64,000 bases of DNA, taken from assembly GCA_963666485.2 (NCBI GenBank), contig CAXXUO010000001.1, positions 768,001-832,000 of the forward strand, read 5' to 3'. Of this stretch, positions 51,022 through 60,920 are shown piece by piece. A program made the position numbers and the translations under genes. This stretch comes from Syntrophorhabdaceae bacterium. Its GTDB lineage: Bacteria > Desulfobacterota > Syntrophorhabdia > Syntrophorhabdales > Syntrophorhabdaceae. The notes under the pieces were generated by a model. The model was not told where the DNA came from and did not search any database. It saw only the letters and a program-made list of their open reading frames with translations. Positions within the stretch are counted from its first letter, which is position 1. Each line of letters opens with the position of its first letter.

Positions 51022-51516
51022 ATGCGTATCGGCATAGCTTCGGACCACGGCGGGTTTGAATTGAAGATGAAGTTGGCCAAAGACCTCGGCAAGGCGGGAT
51101 ATCAGATAGAAGATTTCGGGGCGTTCGCGTTTGTCCGGGAAGATGATTACCCCGATTTTGTCATACCGCTCGCCCGGGCTGTAGCGAAGGGCAAAATAAC
51201 GCGGGGTATTGCCGTCTGCGGGAGCGGCGTCGGGGCCTCAATTGCCGCCAATAAGGTCGCGGGGGTCCGGGCGGCCCTCATAACCGACTGTTTTTCCGCC
51301 CACCAGGGGGTGGAAGACGACGACATGAACATCATATGTCTCGGCGGCCGCGTCCTCGGGTACGCCCTTGCCCTCGACCTGACATTGACATTCCTCGCGG
51401 CGCGCTTCAAGAATGGGGAGCGCCACCGCCGCCGCCTGGCCAAGGTGAACGAACTCGAGGAACCCGCAAACCCATCGAACGATCTACGCCATGCCCCGGG
51501 AGCCCGCCATCGATAA
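51022..51516 (+). CDS. rpiB: Ribose-5-phosphate isomerase B
   Basis: 'SDHGG', 'DYPD', 'CGSGVGASIAANKV', 'RHRRR'. Confidence 0.92.
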   Translation: MRIGIASDHGGFELKMKLAKDLGKAGYQIEDFGAFAFVREDDYPDFVIPLARAVAKGKITRGIAVCGSGVGASIAANKVAGVRAALITDCFSAHQGVEDDDMNIICLGGRVLGYALALDLTLTFLAARFKNGERHRRRLAKVNELEEPANPSNDLRHAPGARHR

Positions 51517-51550
51517 CCCCCCTCAACTTCCCGGTCGAAGGCCGAAGGGT

Positions 51551-51580
51551 TTGACAGTTCCCTGAAAACCCCTGTAAAAT
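51551..51580 (+). promoter_or_regulatory. sigma70 promoter of tRNA-Leu
   Basis: TTGACA-N18-TAAAAT with TG extension, 7 nt before the tRNA. Confidence 0.6.
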
Positions 51581-51587
51581 ATCGCAT

Positions 51588-51669
51588 GCGAGAGTGGCGG
51601 AACTGGCAGACGCACTGGACTTAGGATCCAGCGGGTTACACCATAGGGGTTCAAGTCCCCTCTCTCGCA
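51588..51669 (+). tRNA. tRNA-Leu (anticodon TAG), CCA not encoded
   Basis: Acceptor GCGAGAG/CTCTCGC plus A, anticodon arm CTGGA-CTTAGGA-TCCAG, long variable arm, T-loop GGTTCAAGTCC. Confidence 0.95.
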
Positions 51670-52126
51670 TTCAAGTAATATCAAGGTCTTACCCCTTTTG
51701 TCCACGTCTTTAGACCTTCGGTCTTTCGGCGATTGCCAAAAAAACAAAATGGCTTTTTAACCTGGTTTGTTGGGAACGTCCCTTGACTATTCCTTGACTA
51801 TTCTGGGAAGACCAGGGATCTGTCCTGAAATTCAACCTCATCGTGTTTCGCCCTTGCATTTACCGAACAGCGGATGCCGCTGAATACACGCCTTGCAAAT
51901 ATGCGCAGCCCGCAGTGTTGCCCTCATATTCTTTGATTGGCTTCCTTGTCGTTCTAAAAGGAAGGAAGCTGGTCAGGGATATTCGGCTCCCCATCGTCTC
52001 CTGGAATAACCATCATGATATGGCAGGCCCGGTAACGCTGATAGTGTTAATCCTTCACGTATTGGGGCAATTTTGATCGAGTTGTCGCAGTTCTTGTTTC
52101 CCGGTATAATGTATAAGGTGTTCACA

Positions 52127-54499
52127 ATGAAGAGGGTGCCGAAAAATGGGAAACCGTTGCTACCGGCTAAACGGAAGCCCGTTGATCAGGAAATGCTCGG
52201 AAGCGAAGCAAGGCTAAAGAGCATATTCCGCGCGGCGCCCGTAGGCATCGGCCTCGTGATCAACCGGGTCATTATGGAGGCGAACGATCTTTTGTGCAGG
52301 ATGACAGGCTATTCCAAGGAAGAATTGATCGGGCAGAGCGCAAGGCTTCTTTACCCTTCCGACGAGGACTTCGACTTTGTTGGGACAGAAAAATACCGGC
52401 AGATCGCCAATCGGGGAACGGGTTCGGTAGAGACCCGTTGGCGGCGAAAGGATGGAACCGTTATCGACGTGCTTCTGAGTTCCGGCGCACTGGATCCCTC
52501 CGATCTGTCGATCGGCGTAACATTCACCGCACTGGATATCACCGACCGCAAGCGTATGGAGAGTGCACTGCGATCGTCTCACGAACAAACGAGGATCGCC
52601 CAGGCGGCCGCTAATGCAGGCTTGTGGGACTGGGACATGCAGACGGGAAAACTGGAGTGGTCGGAACAGTTTTTTTCGTTGATCGGCCTGTCTCCCGCTG
52701 CCGAACCGTCCTTCGACACATGGTTAAAAGTAGTGCATCCTGAAGACCGGGAACCTGCCATGAAAAAGATACAAAAAGCCATTGATGAACATATACGGCT
52801 CGAGAATGAGTACCGGATTACAAGGTCCGACGGCGAGGAGCGTTGGCTAGCTGCGCTCGGTGACACGTTTTACAGTGATACCGGGAAACCCGAACGCATG
52901 ATCGGTATCTGCATCGATATCACCGAACGCAAGCGCATAGAGGAAGAACTGCGAACATCTCGCGACGAATTCGAGGCGCAGGTCTTAGAACGCACCGCGG
53001 AACTCAGGCATCGGGCGGAACTGCTCGACCTCGCACACGACGCCATCATTGTAACGGATATGGAGGGCCGGATCATCTTCTGGAACCGGGGCGCGGAAAA
53101 GATATACGGCTGGACGCCTGATGAGGTTGAGGGCTCGGTTATCTATGAACTCCTCAAGACCAGGTCCCTCCCGTCCTTTAATGATCTAAACAGCATCCTC
53201 CTGGATCAAAATACGTGGGAAGGCGAACTGGAGCATACCACGAAAGACGGCCGGACCTTGAGCATTCTCAGCCGGTGGGTTTTCCAGAGGGACGAGGCAG
53301 GGAACCCGATCGCTATTATGCGGATAAACCTCGACATCACGGCAGCGAAACAGGCGGAAGAATCCCTCCGCCAGGCCCACAAGATGGAGGCCATCGGCAC
53401 CCTCGCGGGAGGCATAGCCCACGACTTCAACAACATCCTTGCCGCCATCATCGGCTTCACCGAGATGGCCATAGAGGACGTGCCCGACCGCCCCCTGGTA
53501 GAGAGGAACCTCCAAAACGTCATGACCTCGGCCACGCGGGCACGGGAACTCGTGAAGCAGATCCTTGCCTTTTCCCGCAAGACGGGCTACGAGAGGTCAC
53601 CCATCGCCCTTACCCCCGTCGTGGAAGAGACGGTCAAGCTCCTTAGGGCCTCGGTCCCTGCCACGATCGACATGAAGTTTTCCGCCGGTGCCACCTCCGA
53701 CACGGTGACCGCCACCCCCGTCGAGGTCCAGCAGATCGTCATGAACCTCGCCACCAATGCTGTCCTTGCCCTGGAGGACCGCAAGGGCTCTCTCGTGATC
53801 GCCCTTTCCGACACCGACTTCGAACCCGACGCCTTTACCCTCGACCAGGCGTCCCGGGAGTACCTCCAGATCATGGTGAAGGACACCGGCGCGGGTATGA
53901 CCCCCGAGGTGATGAAACGTATCTTCGAACCCTTCTTCACCACCCGGGAGGTGGGCAAGGGCTCCGGCATGGGCCTCGCGGTAGTCTATGGGATCGTGAA
54001 CGACCTGGGCGGCACGATCGCCGTTGAGAGCGAACCGGGCAAGGGCTCCACCTTCCGGGCCTTCCTGCCGAAGGTGAAGGCAAAGGCCAAAGAACAGGTG
54101 GAACGGGTGGAACTGCCCCGGGGGAACGAACGGGTCCTCTTCGTCGACGACGAACCCCTGCTCGTTGACTGGGGTAAAGAGACACTGGAGAGACTGGGGT
54201 ATAAAGTAACGACTGCAACTGACAGCACAAAGGCCCTCCAGACCTTCTCGGCCGACCCCTCCCGGTTCGACCTCGTCATCACCGATCAGGCCATGCCGCG
54301 GATGGCCGGCTCGGACCTCTGCGCTAAGCTCCTGCGTATCAGGGGCGACATCCCTATCATCCTGTGCACCGGTCACTCGGAGACGGTATCGCCGGAGAAG
54401 GCCAGGGAGATGGGTATCCGGGAATTCCTCATGAAGCCCCTCAGGAGGAACGAACTGGCATCCGCCATCAGGAGGGTGCTGGGTGGAGACGGGGGATAA
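52127..54499 (+). CDS. Multi-PAS hybrid sensor histidine kinase/response regulator
   Basis: Three PAS domains, 'GGIAHDFNN', 'NLATNA', 'GSGMGL', REC 'TDQAMP'; TTGTCG-N17-TATAAT promoter at 52082-52110. Confidence 0.93.
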   Translation: MKRVPKNGKPLLPAKRKPVDQEMLGSEARLKSIFRAAPVGIGLVINRVIMEANDLLCRMTGYSKEELIGQSARLLYPSDEDFDFVGTEKYRQIANRGTGSVETRWRRKDGTVIDVLLSSGALDPSDLSIGVTFTALDITDRKRMESALRSSHEQTRIAQAAANAGLWDWDMQTGKLEWSEQFFSLIGLSPAAEPSFDTWLKVVHPEDREPAMKKIQKAIDEHIRLENEYRITRSDGEERWLAALGDTFYSDTGKPERMIGICIDITERKRIEEELRTSRDEFEAQVLERTAELRHRAELLDLAHDAIIVTDMEGRIIFWNRGAEKIYGWTPDEVEGSVIYELLKTRSLPSFNDLNSILLDQNTWEGELEHTTKDGRTLSILSRWVFQRDEAGNPIAIMRINLDITAAKQAEESLRQAHKMEAIGTLAGGIAHDFNNILAAIIGFTEMAIEDVPDRPLVERNLQNVMTSATRARELVKQILAFSRKTGYERSPIALTPVVEETVKLLRASVPATIDMKFSAGATSDTVTATPVEVQQIVMNLATNAVLALEDRKGSLVIALSDTDFEPDAFTLDQASREYLQIMVKDTGAGMTPEVMKRIFEPFFTTREVGKGSGMGLAVVYGIVNDLGGTIAVESEPGKGSTFRAFLPKVKAKAKEQVERVELPRGNERVLFVDDEPLLVDWGKETLERLGYKVTTATDSTKALQTFSADPSRFDLVITDQAMPRMAGSDLCAKLLRIRGDIPIILCTGHSETVSPEKAREMGIREFLMKPLRRNELASAIRRVLGGDGG

Positions 54500-54835
54500 C
54501 AGTCGTTGCAATCAAGGGGCAGCCTGTTACTATTGGCAATCCGTCCCTGCCTGGTTCCAATCAGCTATTTATTAGTAGGTGAAAGTGTTGATCGCCCGTC
54601 AACGGCGAACAACGAAATCGCGGCCGGAATCATCAATTAAACATTACTTTACAAACTCCTGAAGAGGTATAGTGCTGCGTTCCGTGACTGTTGAAGTGTA
54701 ACTATTTTGTAACTAATGACCCCTCAAATACCTCTCAAAATCCAACATAATCCAAACATCGTGACGCCGGGCAACCTGCTGATATAGATCATACTTCATT
54801 GATATAACTGATTATTCTCGAATCCGCTGTTTTGA

Positions 54836-54891
54836 ACTTAGGATCCAGCGGGTTACACCATAGGGGTTCAAGTCCCCTCTCTCGCATTCAA
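54836..54891 (+). repeat. attR-like duplicate of the tRNA-Leu 3' half
   Basis: Identical to 51619-51674. Confidence 0.9.
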
Positions 54892-54970
54892 TAATAACAA
54901 TGGCCCGCAGCTTCTCATCGTACCCGGTGTTTTCCTTTTCGTTTCATGCCGATAATATGGTAATCTCTGG

Positions 54971-55022
54971 GTGGCGATGGGGTCCGCCTTTTAACCGCCT
55001 GCCCTGGCTAATGACTCCTACC
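54971..55022 (+). ncRNA. Fluoride riboswitch (crcB motif)
   Basis: GGCGATGGGGTCCGCC..TAACCGCC..GGCTAATGACTCCTAC. P1 GGCG/CGCC, pseudoknot GGGGT (54979-83) with ACTCC (55014-18), P3 GCC/GGC. Confidence 0.9.
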
Positions 55023-55076
55023 TGTATCAGATCTCCTGTACGCTTGTTGTTTACGGGGACAATTTATGGGAGGAGC

Positions 55077-56762
55077 ATGTTGAAAGATCCTATAGCCAAC
55101 GCTGCTTCCGAGACGGTCCAGACTTCGATCGGCTCGATCCTGCAGACCATCAGGCACATATCCACAGAATTCAATATTGTATCTCTCGGGCGCCAGATCG
55201 CGGCATGCGAGGTGGTGTCTGTCGAAAACCCCGTCATTGACGTCGCCATACTCGGTCAGTTCAAGGCGGGGAAAAGCTCGTTTGTCAATAGCCTCATCGG
55301 GGTCCCGGTCCTTCCCGTGAGAGCGATCCCCGTGACCACTGTTATCACCCGTCTGAGCTATGGGCCCCGGCAGAGGTCTATCGTCACCTATTACGACGGG
55401 AAGGAGTCCGAGGTTGGCTTTTCGGAGATTGAGGAATATATCTCCGAGGCAAAAAACAGGGCCAACGAGAAGAATGTCGATGTGGTCGATATCGAACTGC
55501 CTTCCCTTGAACCTTACGCCGGGCTTCGTTTCGTCGACACCCCGGGATTGGGGAGCATTTTTAAATACAATACCGCGATCTCAGAAGAATGGCTGCCCGA
55601 GGTCGGGGCCGCCATCATTGCTATCAGCTCCGATAGGCCGCTTGCGGAAAACGACCTGAACCTGATCAGGGAACTCATGGAATTTACTCCCAGGGTTGTT
55701 CTGCTCCTTACGAAAGTGGACCTTCTTTCCCGGGAACAGCAGGAAGAGGTTATCGCATTCTTCAGGGACTCACTGAAACACGAATTCGGCAAGGACTTCC
55801 CGACACTCCTCTATTCGACGCTGAAAGATACGGAGCTCTATAAGCCCGCCCTGAATGAATTATTCCTTGACCTGTCCCGGAACCGCGACACGGAATTCAG
55901 AGGGATTCTCCACCATAAGGTCCGTTCACTTGCACGGCAATGCGTGAGCTATCTCGCCATTGCCCTCAGGGTATCCGAAACGGAAGACAAAGACCGCGAG
56001 GACCTGAAGAGGATCATTCTCGATGAACGGGTTAACTTTGAATTGATGCAGACAGAGCTTTCTCTCGTGGCGAGAGAGAACAAGGAAAAAACGAGGGAGT
56101 TCGTCGCCGGCTATCTTACCGCTACCCACAGGATGAAACTTGTCCAGAAGCTGACTGTCAGACTGTCCTCTGAAATGCCCCGGTGGAAAGGCAACCTCTG
56201 GAGGATCACCCGCCAGTACGAAGAATGGCTCATGGAGAATATGGTTGAGGAGATGGACCATATATCGAGGGCAGATTACAAGCATTTCTTTGGGACCCTC
56301 AGAAAAGCACACAGCAGCATATCCCGGTCCGTTGAACTCTTCAGGACCCTTCTTGACAAGAACATCGAAAAAGTGCTCGGGATTGCGCCGAACAGCGTCA
56401 ACTGGATCATTGAAGTATCCGAACCGGCCCATCCCGACGTCCAATTTACGAAGACCTTCGATTTCCACTTCGATACACTCTGGTTTCTGTTTCCCATGTT
56501 CATATTCCGCCGTGTTTTCGAGAAGCATTTTCTGAAGCAGATCGCCCGCGTCACAGACGTGCATCTGTCCCGTCTCGCCTATCAGTGGGAAGTCCGCATT
56601 AATAGAACCATAGACGAGATAAAGAAACAGGCATTGGAATATGTGCAGAATGAACTTTCAACGATCGATGCGCTGGTGTCCGGCAAAACAGGGCAGACGG
56701 AGCGGATCAAGGATCTGATAAGGGCCCTTGGGGAAAACATTGCCGTTATTGAGAAACTTTAA
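55077..56762 (+). CDS. Bacterial dynamin-like GTPase
   Basis: G1 'GQFKAGKSS', G2 'PVTT', G3 'DTPG', G4 'TKVD', helical stalk with hydrophobic 'LWFLFPMFIF'; SD GGAGGAG. Confidence 0.88.
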   Translation: MLKDPIANAASETVQTSIGSILQTIRHISTEFNIVSLGRQIAACEVVSVENPVIDVAILGQFKAGKSSFVNSLIGVPVLPVRAIPVTTVITRLSYGPRQRSIVTYYDGKESEVGFSEIEEYISEAKNRANEKNVDVVDIELPSLEPYAGLRFVDTPGLGSIFKYNTAISEEWLPEVGAAIIAISSDRPLAENDLNLIRELMEFTPRVVLLLTKVDLLSREQQEEVIAFFRDSLKHEFGKDFPTLLYSTLKDTELYKPALNELFLDLSRNRDTEFRGILHHKVRSLARQCVSYLAIALRVSETEDKDREDLKRIILDERVNFELMQTELSLVARENKEKTREFVAGYLTATHRMKLVQKLTVRLSSEMPRWKGNLWRITRQYEEWLMENMVEEMDHISRADYKHFFGTLRKAHSSISRSVELFRTLLDKNIEKVLGIAPNSVNWIIEVSEPAHPDVQFTKTFDFHFDTLWFLFPMFIFRRVFEKHFLKQIARVTDVHLSRLAYQWEVRINRTIDEIKKQALEYVQNELSTIDALVSGKTGQTERIKDLIRALGENIAVIEKL

Positions 56763-56860
56763 TTGCTTGTTCATGCCTTTCAGTTCCGCGGCGAACTCAG
56801 CAATTTTCATTTCAGGCCTGGATCTTTGCCCGGTTCAGGCCTTCGATAAAGGATACACGT

Positions 56861-58054
56861 ATGGAACAACATTTTTTTGTGGCCGCGGTCTGGCTTGGCA
56901 TGGCGGTCTTTTCGGCGGCAATTGCGTATCATTTGCGGATTTCTATCGCGTTAATCGAGATATGCCTCGGAGTGGTGGCGGCGGCAGTCGCGGTGTGGAC
57001 CGGCAAACAGGAGGCCCTGGGCTCGAATCTCGACTGGTTGCGCTTCCTGGCATCATCAGGAGCGATATTGTTAACTTTCCTGGCGGGAGCCGAACTGGAC
57101 CCAAGGGTAATGCGAACAAAAATGAAAGAAGTTACGGTCGTTGGCCTCGTCGGATTCCTTGCACCTTTTCTCGGCTGCACGGCGCTGGCTTATTACGGAT
57201 TGAAGTGGAATGCGCAGGCGAGCTGGTTATGCGGCATAGCGTTGTCGACTACCTCGATGGCGGTGGTTTATGCAGTTATGCTTGAGACGGGATTGAATAA
57301 AACAAGTTTCGGCAAAGGCATCCTCGGTGCCTGTTTTATCAATGACCTGGGAACCGTTATAGCCTTAGGTCTCATTTTTGCGCCATTCACTTTTCGGACT
57401 CTCATTTTTGTCTCCGTTTGTGTGTTGGTGCTCGGGATATTGCCAAAGATAACAGACCTCATAACCCGTGTTTACGCTCATCGCACGGCTGCCATCAGGA
57501 CCAAATGGGTCATGCTCATCCTTTTTGGCCTCGGCGGCCTCGCCCTGTGGTCCGGCAGTGAGGCTGTGCTTCCCGCGTACATCATGGGTATGGTCATGGC
57601 GGGCGGCGCCGCAAGAGACACCCTCTGGATCCGCCGGCTGCGAACACTGACGATCGGCCTTTTGACACCATTCTACTTTCTGCGTGCCGGGACCCTTGTT
57701 TCTTTAAATGCCCTTGTAGCCGCACCCGCTCTTTTTCTACTATTGCTGGGCGGTAAAGTAGCTACGAAGACCATCGGTCTTTATCCCGTTATCGCCGGGT
57801 TCCGGAAAAAAAATAATGAACGGTGGTATTATACGCTTCTCATGTCAACAGGTCTGACCTTCGGGACGATCTCGGCAATATACGGGTATTCTCACGGCAT
57901 CGTGACGCAGGGGCAATACTCTTTCCTTGTTGCCGCTGTTATCGGAAGTGCCGTCATACCCACATTAATAGCCGGCCATGCATTTCTGCCTACGCATCTT
58001 TTACCGCACAAAGAACCGAAGATTCCCGAGGATGCTATGGATGAAGAAGGGTAG
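56861..58054 (+). CDS. Cation:proton antiporter (Na+/H+ exchanger family)
   Basis: About 12 TM helices, 'FLAGAELD', 'ALSTTSMAVV', 'FINDLG', 'PFYFLRAG'. Confidence 0.88.
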   Translation: MEQHFFVAAVWLGMAVFSAAIAYHLRISIALIEICLGVVAAAVAVWTGKQEALGSNLDWLRFLASSGAILLTFLAGAELDPRVMRTKMKEVTVVGLVGFLAPFLGCTALAYYGLKWNAQASWLCGIALSTTSMAVVYAVMLETGLNKTSFGKGILGACFINDLGTVIALGLIFAPFTFRTLIFVSVCVLVLGILPKITDLITRVYAHRTAAIRTKWVMLILFGLGGLALWSGSEAVLPAYIMGMVMAGGAARDTLWIRRLRTLTIGLLTPFYFLRAGTLVSLNALVAAPALFLLLLGGKVATKTIGLYPVIAGFRKKNNERWYYTLLMSTGLTFGTISAIYGYSHGIVTQGQYSFLVAAVIGSAVIPTLIAGHAFLPTHLLPHKEPKIPEDAMDEEG

Positions 58055-58175
58055 GTCATTGGCCCGTCGTCTTTAATTATCCGAGGCCTTCTGCCCAAGT
58101 TTTATAAGACCAATGTCCTATTGACACCCTGGTTATCGCCGTAGTAAGAATTTCAAAAAAAAGAGGGGGCGGCTC

Positions 58176-59714
58176 ATGAAGATATTTTGCCAATGCCTGG
58201 TTTATTTCGTTTTGCTTACGATGATCTTAACTGCACCGACCGGAATTGGCGCACAAGAAAGCAGGTTACCATCCGCTTCACCAAAATATTCACCCAGCGT
58301 CCCGGCGAAGATCACGACGCCCGATACGGTCGAAACGCGCATTGGCACGCTGCGTTTCAAGGACGGCGCCCCCGATCCCGCGACCGTCCGGCTGGCCTAT
58401 GACCAGATTGATTTTAACCGCAGTGTCGAGGCGTTTTTGAAGGGTATATCGGCAACATCCGTTTATGCAGCATGCAAGGGTTTTGAAGAAGCGGGTATCA
58501 AGACGAACCAGGGTATCGGTATAACGGAAGACCTTCTCGATGCCCGTTCGCTGTTTTTGACACCCAACACCACCACCGTCTACGTCATGGCGTGTATGAA
58601 CCTGAAGGACGGGCCGATGGTGCTGCGGGTGCCGCCGCGGGTCCTGGGCCCCGTCGATGACGCAAATTTCGGCTGGGTAACAGACGTAGGATTGACAGGC
58701 CCGGACAAGGGGGCAGGCGGAGATTACTTATTCGTGCCGCCCGGTTACAAGGGACCCTTGCCCAAAAAAGGCTACCACATCGCCCGACCGGCCACCAACC
58801 GTTTGATCATCTTTTATCGCGCATTCGTTGAAAAGGGCAATGTCGCCGCGGCGGTGGCGGGTGTCAAGGCAAAAGCCGCCCTGTTCCCCCTGTCCCAGGC
58901 CGTCAAGCCGCCGGCAACTGCGTTCGTCAATTTTTCAGGCGTCAAATTCAACACGATCAGCGCCAATGACTTCAGCTTCTATGAGGAGTTGAACGCGGTC
59001 GTGCAGAACGAACCCGCCGATTGGGTGGATCCGGAATCGGTGGGCCTGTACGCATCGATCGGCATCCGCAAAGGGCAAGCATTCGCGCCGGACGCCCGGA
59101 TGAAAAAGATCCTGACGGAATCGGCTGCTGTAGCGAACGCAATAGCGCGCGCCGACGTTTTCGCCCCGCGTGATCCGCGGACCTTCATCTATCCCGACCG
59201 GCAATGGATAACACCCTTTGTGGGCGGCAGCTACAAGTTCATCGAAGGAGCAGAGCGACTTCTTGACGCTCGGACAATGTTCTTCTATTTCGCCACGGGT
59301 ATCACGCCTGCCATGAGCGAAGCGAAACCGGGCACAGGCTCTGCCTACGCAGGAGTATTCCGCGACTCGACGGGGAATTACCTGGATGGCGGCCGTACGT
59401 ACAAAATTACTCTGCCGGGACCGATCCCGGCGAAAGACTTTTGGGCTCTTACGGTCTATGACAATCAGACCCGTTCGCTTCTGCCCACAGACCAGAAAAA
59501 AGCAGGCATCGACAGCAATATGTCCGCCATCCGGAAGAATCCCGATGGCGGAGTCACCGTTTGGCTCGGACCTAAACCACCGGCCGGCCAGGAAGGGAAC
59601 TGGATCCAGACCATGCCCGGTAAGGGCTATAGTATCATTCTCAGGCTTTACGGGCCGCTCGAGCCATGGTTTAAAAAGACCTGGCGGCCGGGTGACCCTG
59701 AGGTGCAGCCCTGA
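58176..59714 (+). CDS. Secreted DUF1254/DUF1214 protein
   Basis: Signal peptide, 'PNTTTVY', 'GPDKGAGGDYLFVPP', 'FWALTVYD', 'LRLYGP'. Confidence 0.88.
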   Translation: MKIFCQCLVYFVLLTMILTAPTGIGAQESRLPSASPKYSPSVPAKITTPDTVETRIGTLRFKDGAPDPATVRLAYDQIDFNRSVEAFLKGISATSVYAACKGFEEAGIKTNQGIGITEDLLDARSLFLTPNTTTVYVMACMNLKDGPMVLRVPPRVLGPVDDANFGWVTDVGLTGPDKGAGGDYLFVPPGYKGPLPKKGYHIARPATNRLIIFYRAFVEKGNVAAAVAGVKAKAALFPLSQAVKPPATAFVNFSGVKFNTISANDFSFYEELNAVVQNEPADWVDPESVGLYASIGIRKGQAFAPDARMKKILTESAAVANAIARADVFAPRDPRTFIYPDRQWITPFVGGSYKFIEGAERLLDARTMFFYFATGITPAMSEAKPGTGSAYAGVFRDSTGNYLDGGRTYKITLPGPIPAKDFWALTVYDNQTRSLLPTDQKKAGIDSNMSAIRKNPDGGVTVWLGPKPPAGQEGNWIQTMPGKGYSIILRLYGPLEPWFKKTWRPGDPEVQP

Positions 59715-59785
59715 TAGCACGATGTCCTTGATGGGCCGAACAAGAATAAGGATCTAAATTGATTTCAAGAAATATCATAACGCAA

Positions 59786-60247
59786 ATGCAAACCGGGGGC
59801 GGCAATATCGCGCGCGAGTACAAGACAATTATTGCGCTGCTTCTTTTAGCCATGCTCTGCATGACAGGAATAGCCGGGTATTCGGCAGACGCGGTGTCAG
59901 CTGAGCCATCACAAGCCGGAGGACCGTCTTTTGCACAAAAAGAGCTCAAGGTCATCGAAGGGCGCTGGGTCCGGCCGGACGGGGGATACATTCTCGAACT
60001 GAGGGACGTAAAAAAGGACGGAACAATTTCCGCGGCTTATTTTAACCCCCGGCCGATTAACGTCTACCGTGCCCGGGCGGACATAAAGAAAGGCAAGATC
60101 ACCGTCCGGGTTGAGTTGCGCGATATTAATTATCCCGGTTCGATCTACACGCTGCACTATGATCCGGGCCCCGACCGTCTGAAGGGAAAATACTTTCAGG
60201 CCGTGGAGAAGCAGACGTTCGATATTGAATTTGTGAGGTCCAGGTAA
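59786..60247 (+). CDS. Secreted hypothetical protein; start uncertain
   Basis: Hydrophobic signal segment, beta-rich 'GRWVRPDGGY..AAYFNPRPI..YPGSIYTL'. Confidence 0.65.
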   Translation: MQTGGGNIAREYKTIIALLLLAMLCMTGIAGYSADAVSAEPSQAGGPSFAQKELKVIEGRWVRPDGGYILELRDVKKDGTISAAYFNPRPINVYRARADIKKGKITVRVELRDINYPGSIYTLHYDPGPDRLKGKYFQAVEKQTFDIEFVRSR

Positions 60248-60279
60248 CCGGGTAAAACTTCTCATTCTTGTGGCTAAAT

Positions 60280-60309
60280 CATAGGGGTTCAAGCCCCCTC
60301 TCTCGCATT
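60280..60309 (+). repeat. Second att-like duplicate of the tRNA-Leu 3' end
   Basis: 29/30 match to 51642-51671. Confidence 0.85.
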
Positions 60310-60382
60310 AAACCGATATCACAGGACGGTCACTCTCGAATCGGGCACAACGATGAAGGGTTTATAGCGGCTTTTATACCGG

Positions 60383-60434
60383 TTGACGAACCATGAAGAA
60401 ATTGTTAGATTATTTCGGAATGATTCCTGATTAT
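60383..60434 (+). promoter_or_regulatory. perR promoter with overlapping operator
   Basis: TTGACG-N17-TAGATT; GGAATGATTCCTGATTAT at 60417-60434. Confidence 0.65.
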
Positions 60435-60436
60435 TT

Positions 60437-60883
60437 ATGAGAAACGAATCGTACATTCAAAGACTGCGCGAGACGGGATTGAAGGTGACTCCGCAGAGAA
60501 TCGCCATCATAGATGCCGTTGAGAAATCAGGATATCTGCATCCGAGCGTCATGCAGATATATAAGGAAGCCAGAAAGAACAGCCCGAAACTCAGTCTGTC
60601 GACAACGTACGCGACACTGAAAGAATTGTCCCGGCTGCGCCTGATAAAAACACTGCAATTTGACAGAAAAGAGAACAGGTACGAGTTGGATCTGGAAGAC
60701 CATATCAATCTGATTTGTAATAGGTGTGGTAGAATAACTGATTATACGTCTTCCGAATCTGCCGACCGCGGAAAGATCCGGAAACGTACGGGATTCCAGG
60801 TTGTGGACAGCAGGATGGAATTTTACGGGATATGCTCGGAGTGCTCTTCCGGTACCAGCCAAGGAGGAGAGGAACGATCCTGA
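60437..60883 (+). CDS. perR: Fur-family regulator, probably PerR
   Basis: 'GLKVTPQR', 'HPS', 'SLSTTY', 'HINLICNRC', 'GICSEC'; directly upstream of katG. Confidence 0.8.
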   Translation: MRNESYIQRLRETGLKVTPQRIAIIDAVEKSGYLHPSVMQIYKEARKNSPKLSLSTTYATLKELSRLRLIKTLQFDRKENRYELDLEDHINLICNRCGRITDYTSSESADRGKIRKRTGFQVVDSRMEFYGICSECSSGTSQGGEERS

Positions 60884-60920
60884 GCGGTAACCTTTAACGA
60901 AGTACAAAAATTTTTTCGTC

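Larger units (their letters stand above)
51619..54891. mobile_element. tRNA-Leu-integrated islet 1 (about 3.2 kb), no integrase seen
   Basis: 56-bp perfect direct repeat 51619-51674 / 54836-54891 (tRNA 3' half from the anticodon arm). Confidence 0.8.
54892..60309. mobile_element. tRNA-Leu-integrated islet 2 (about 5.4 kb), no integrase seen
   Basis: Bounded by the tRNA fragment ending 54891 and a third, 30-bp fragment at 60280-60309. Confidence 0.7.

Noticed and set aside
51803..52076. Integrase remnant next to the tRNA
   Set aside because: No tyrosine-recombinase motifs recognised in the short ORFs there.
54836..54891. Second tRNA gene
   Set aside because: Lacks the 5' acceptor strand and D-arm; it is an att duplicate.
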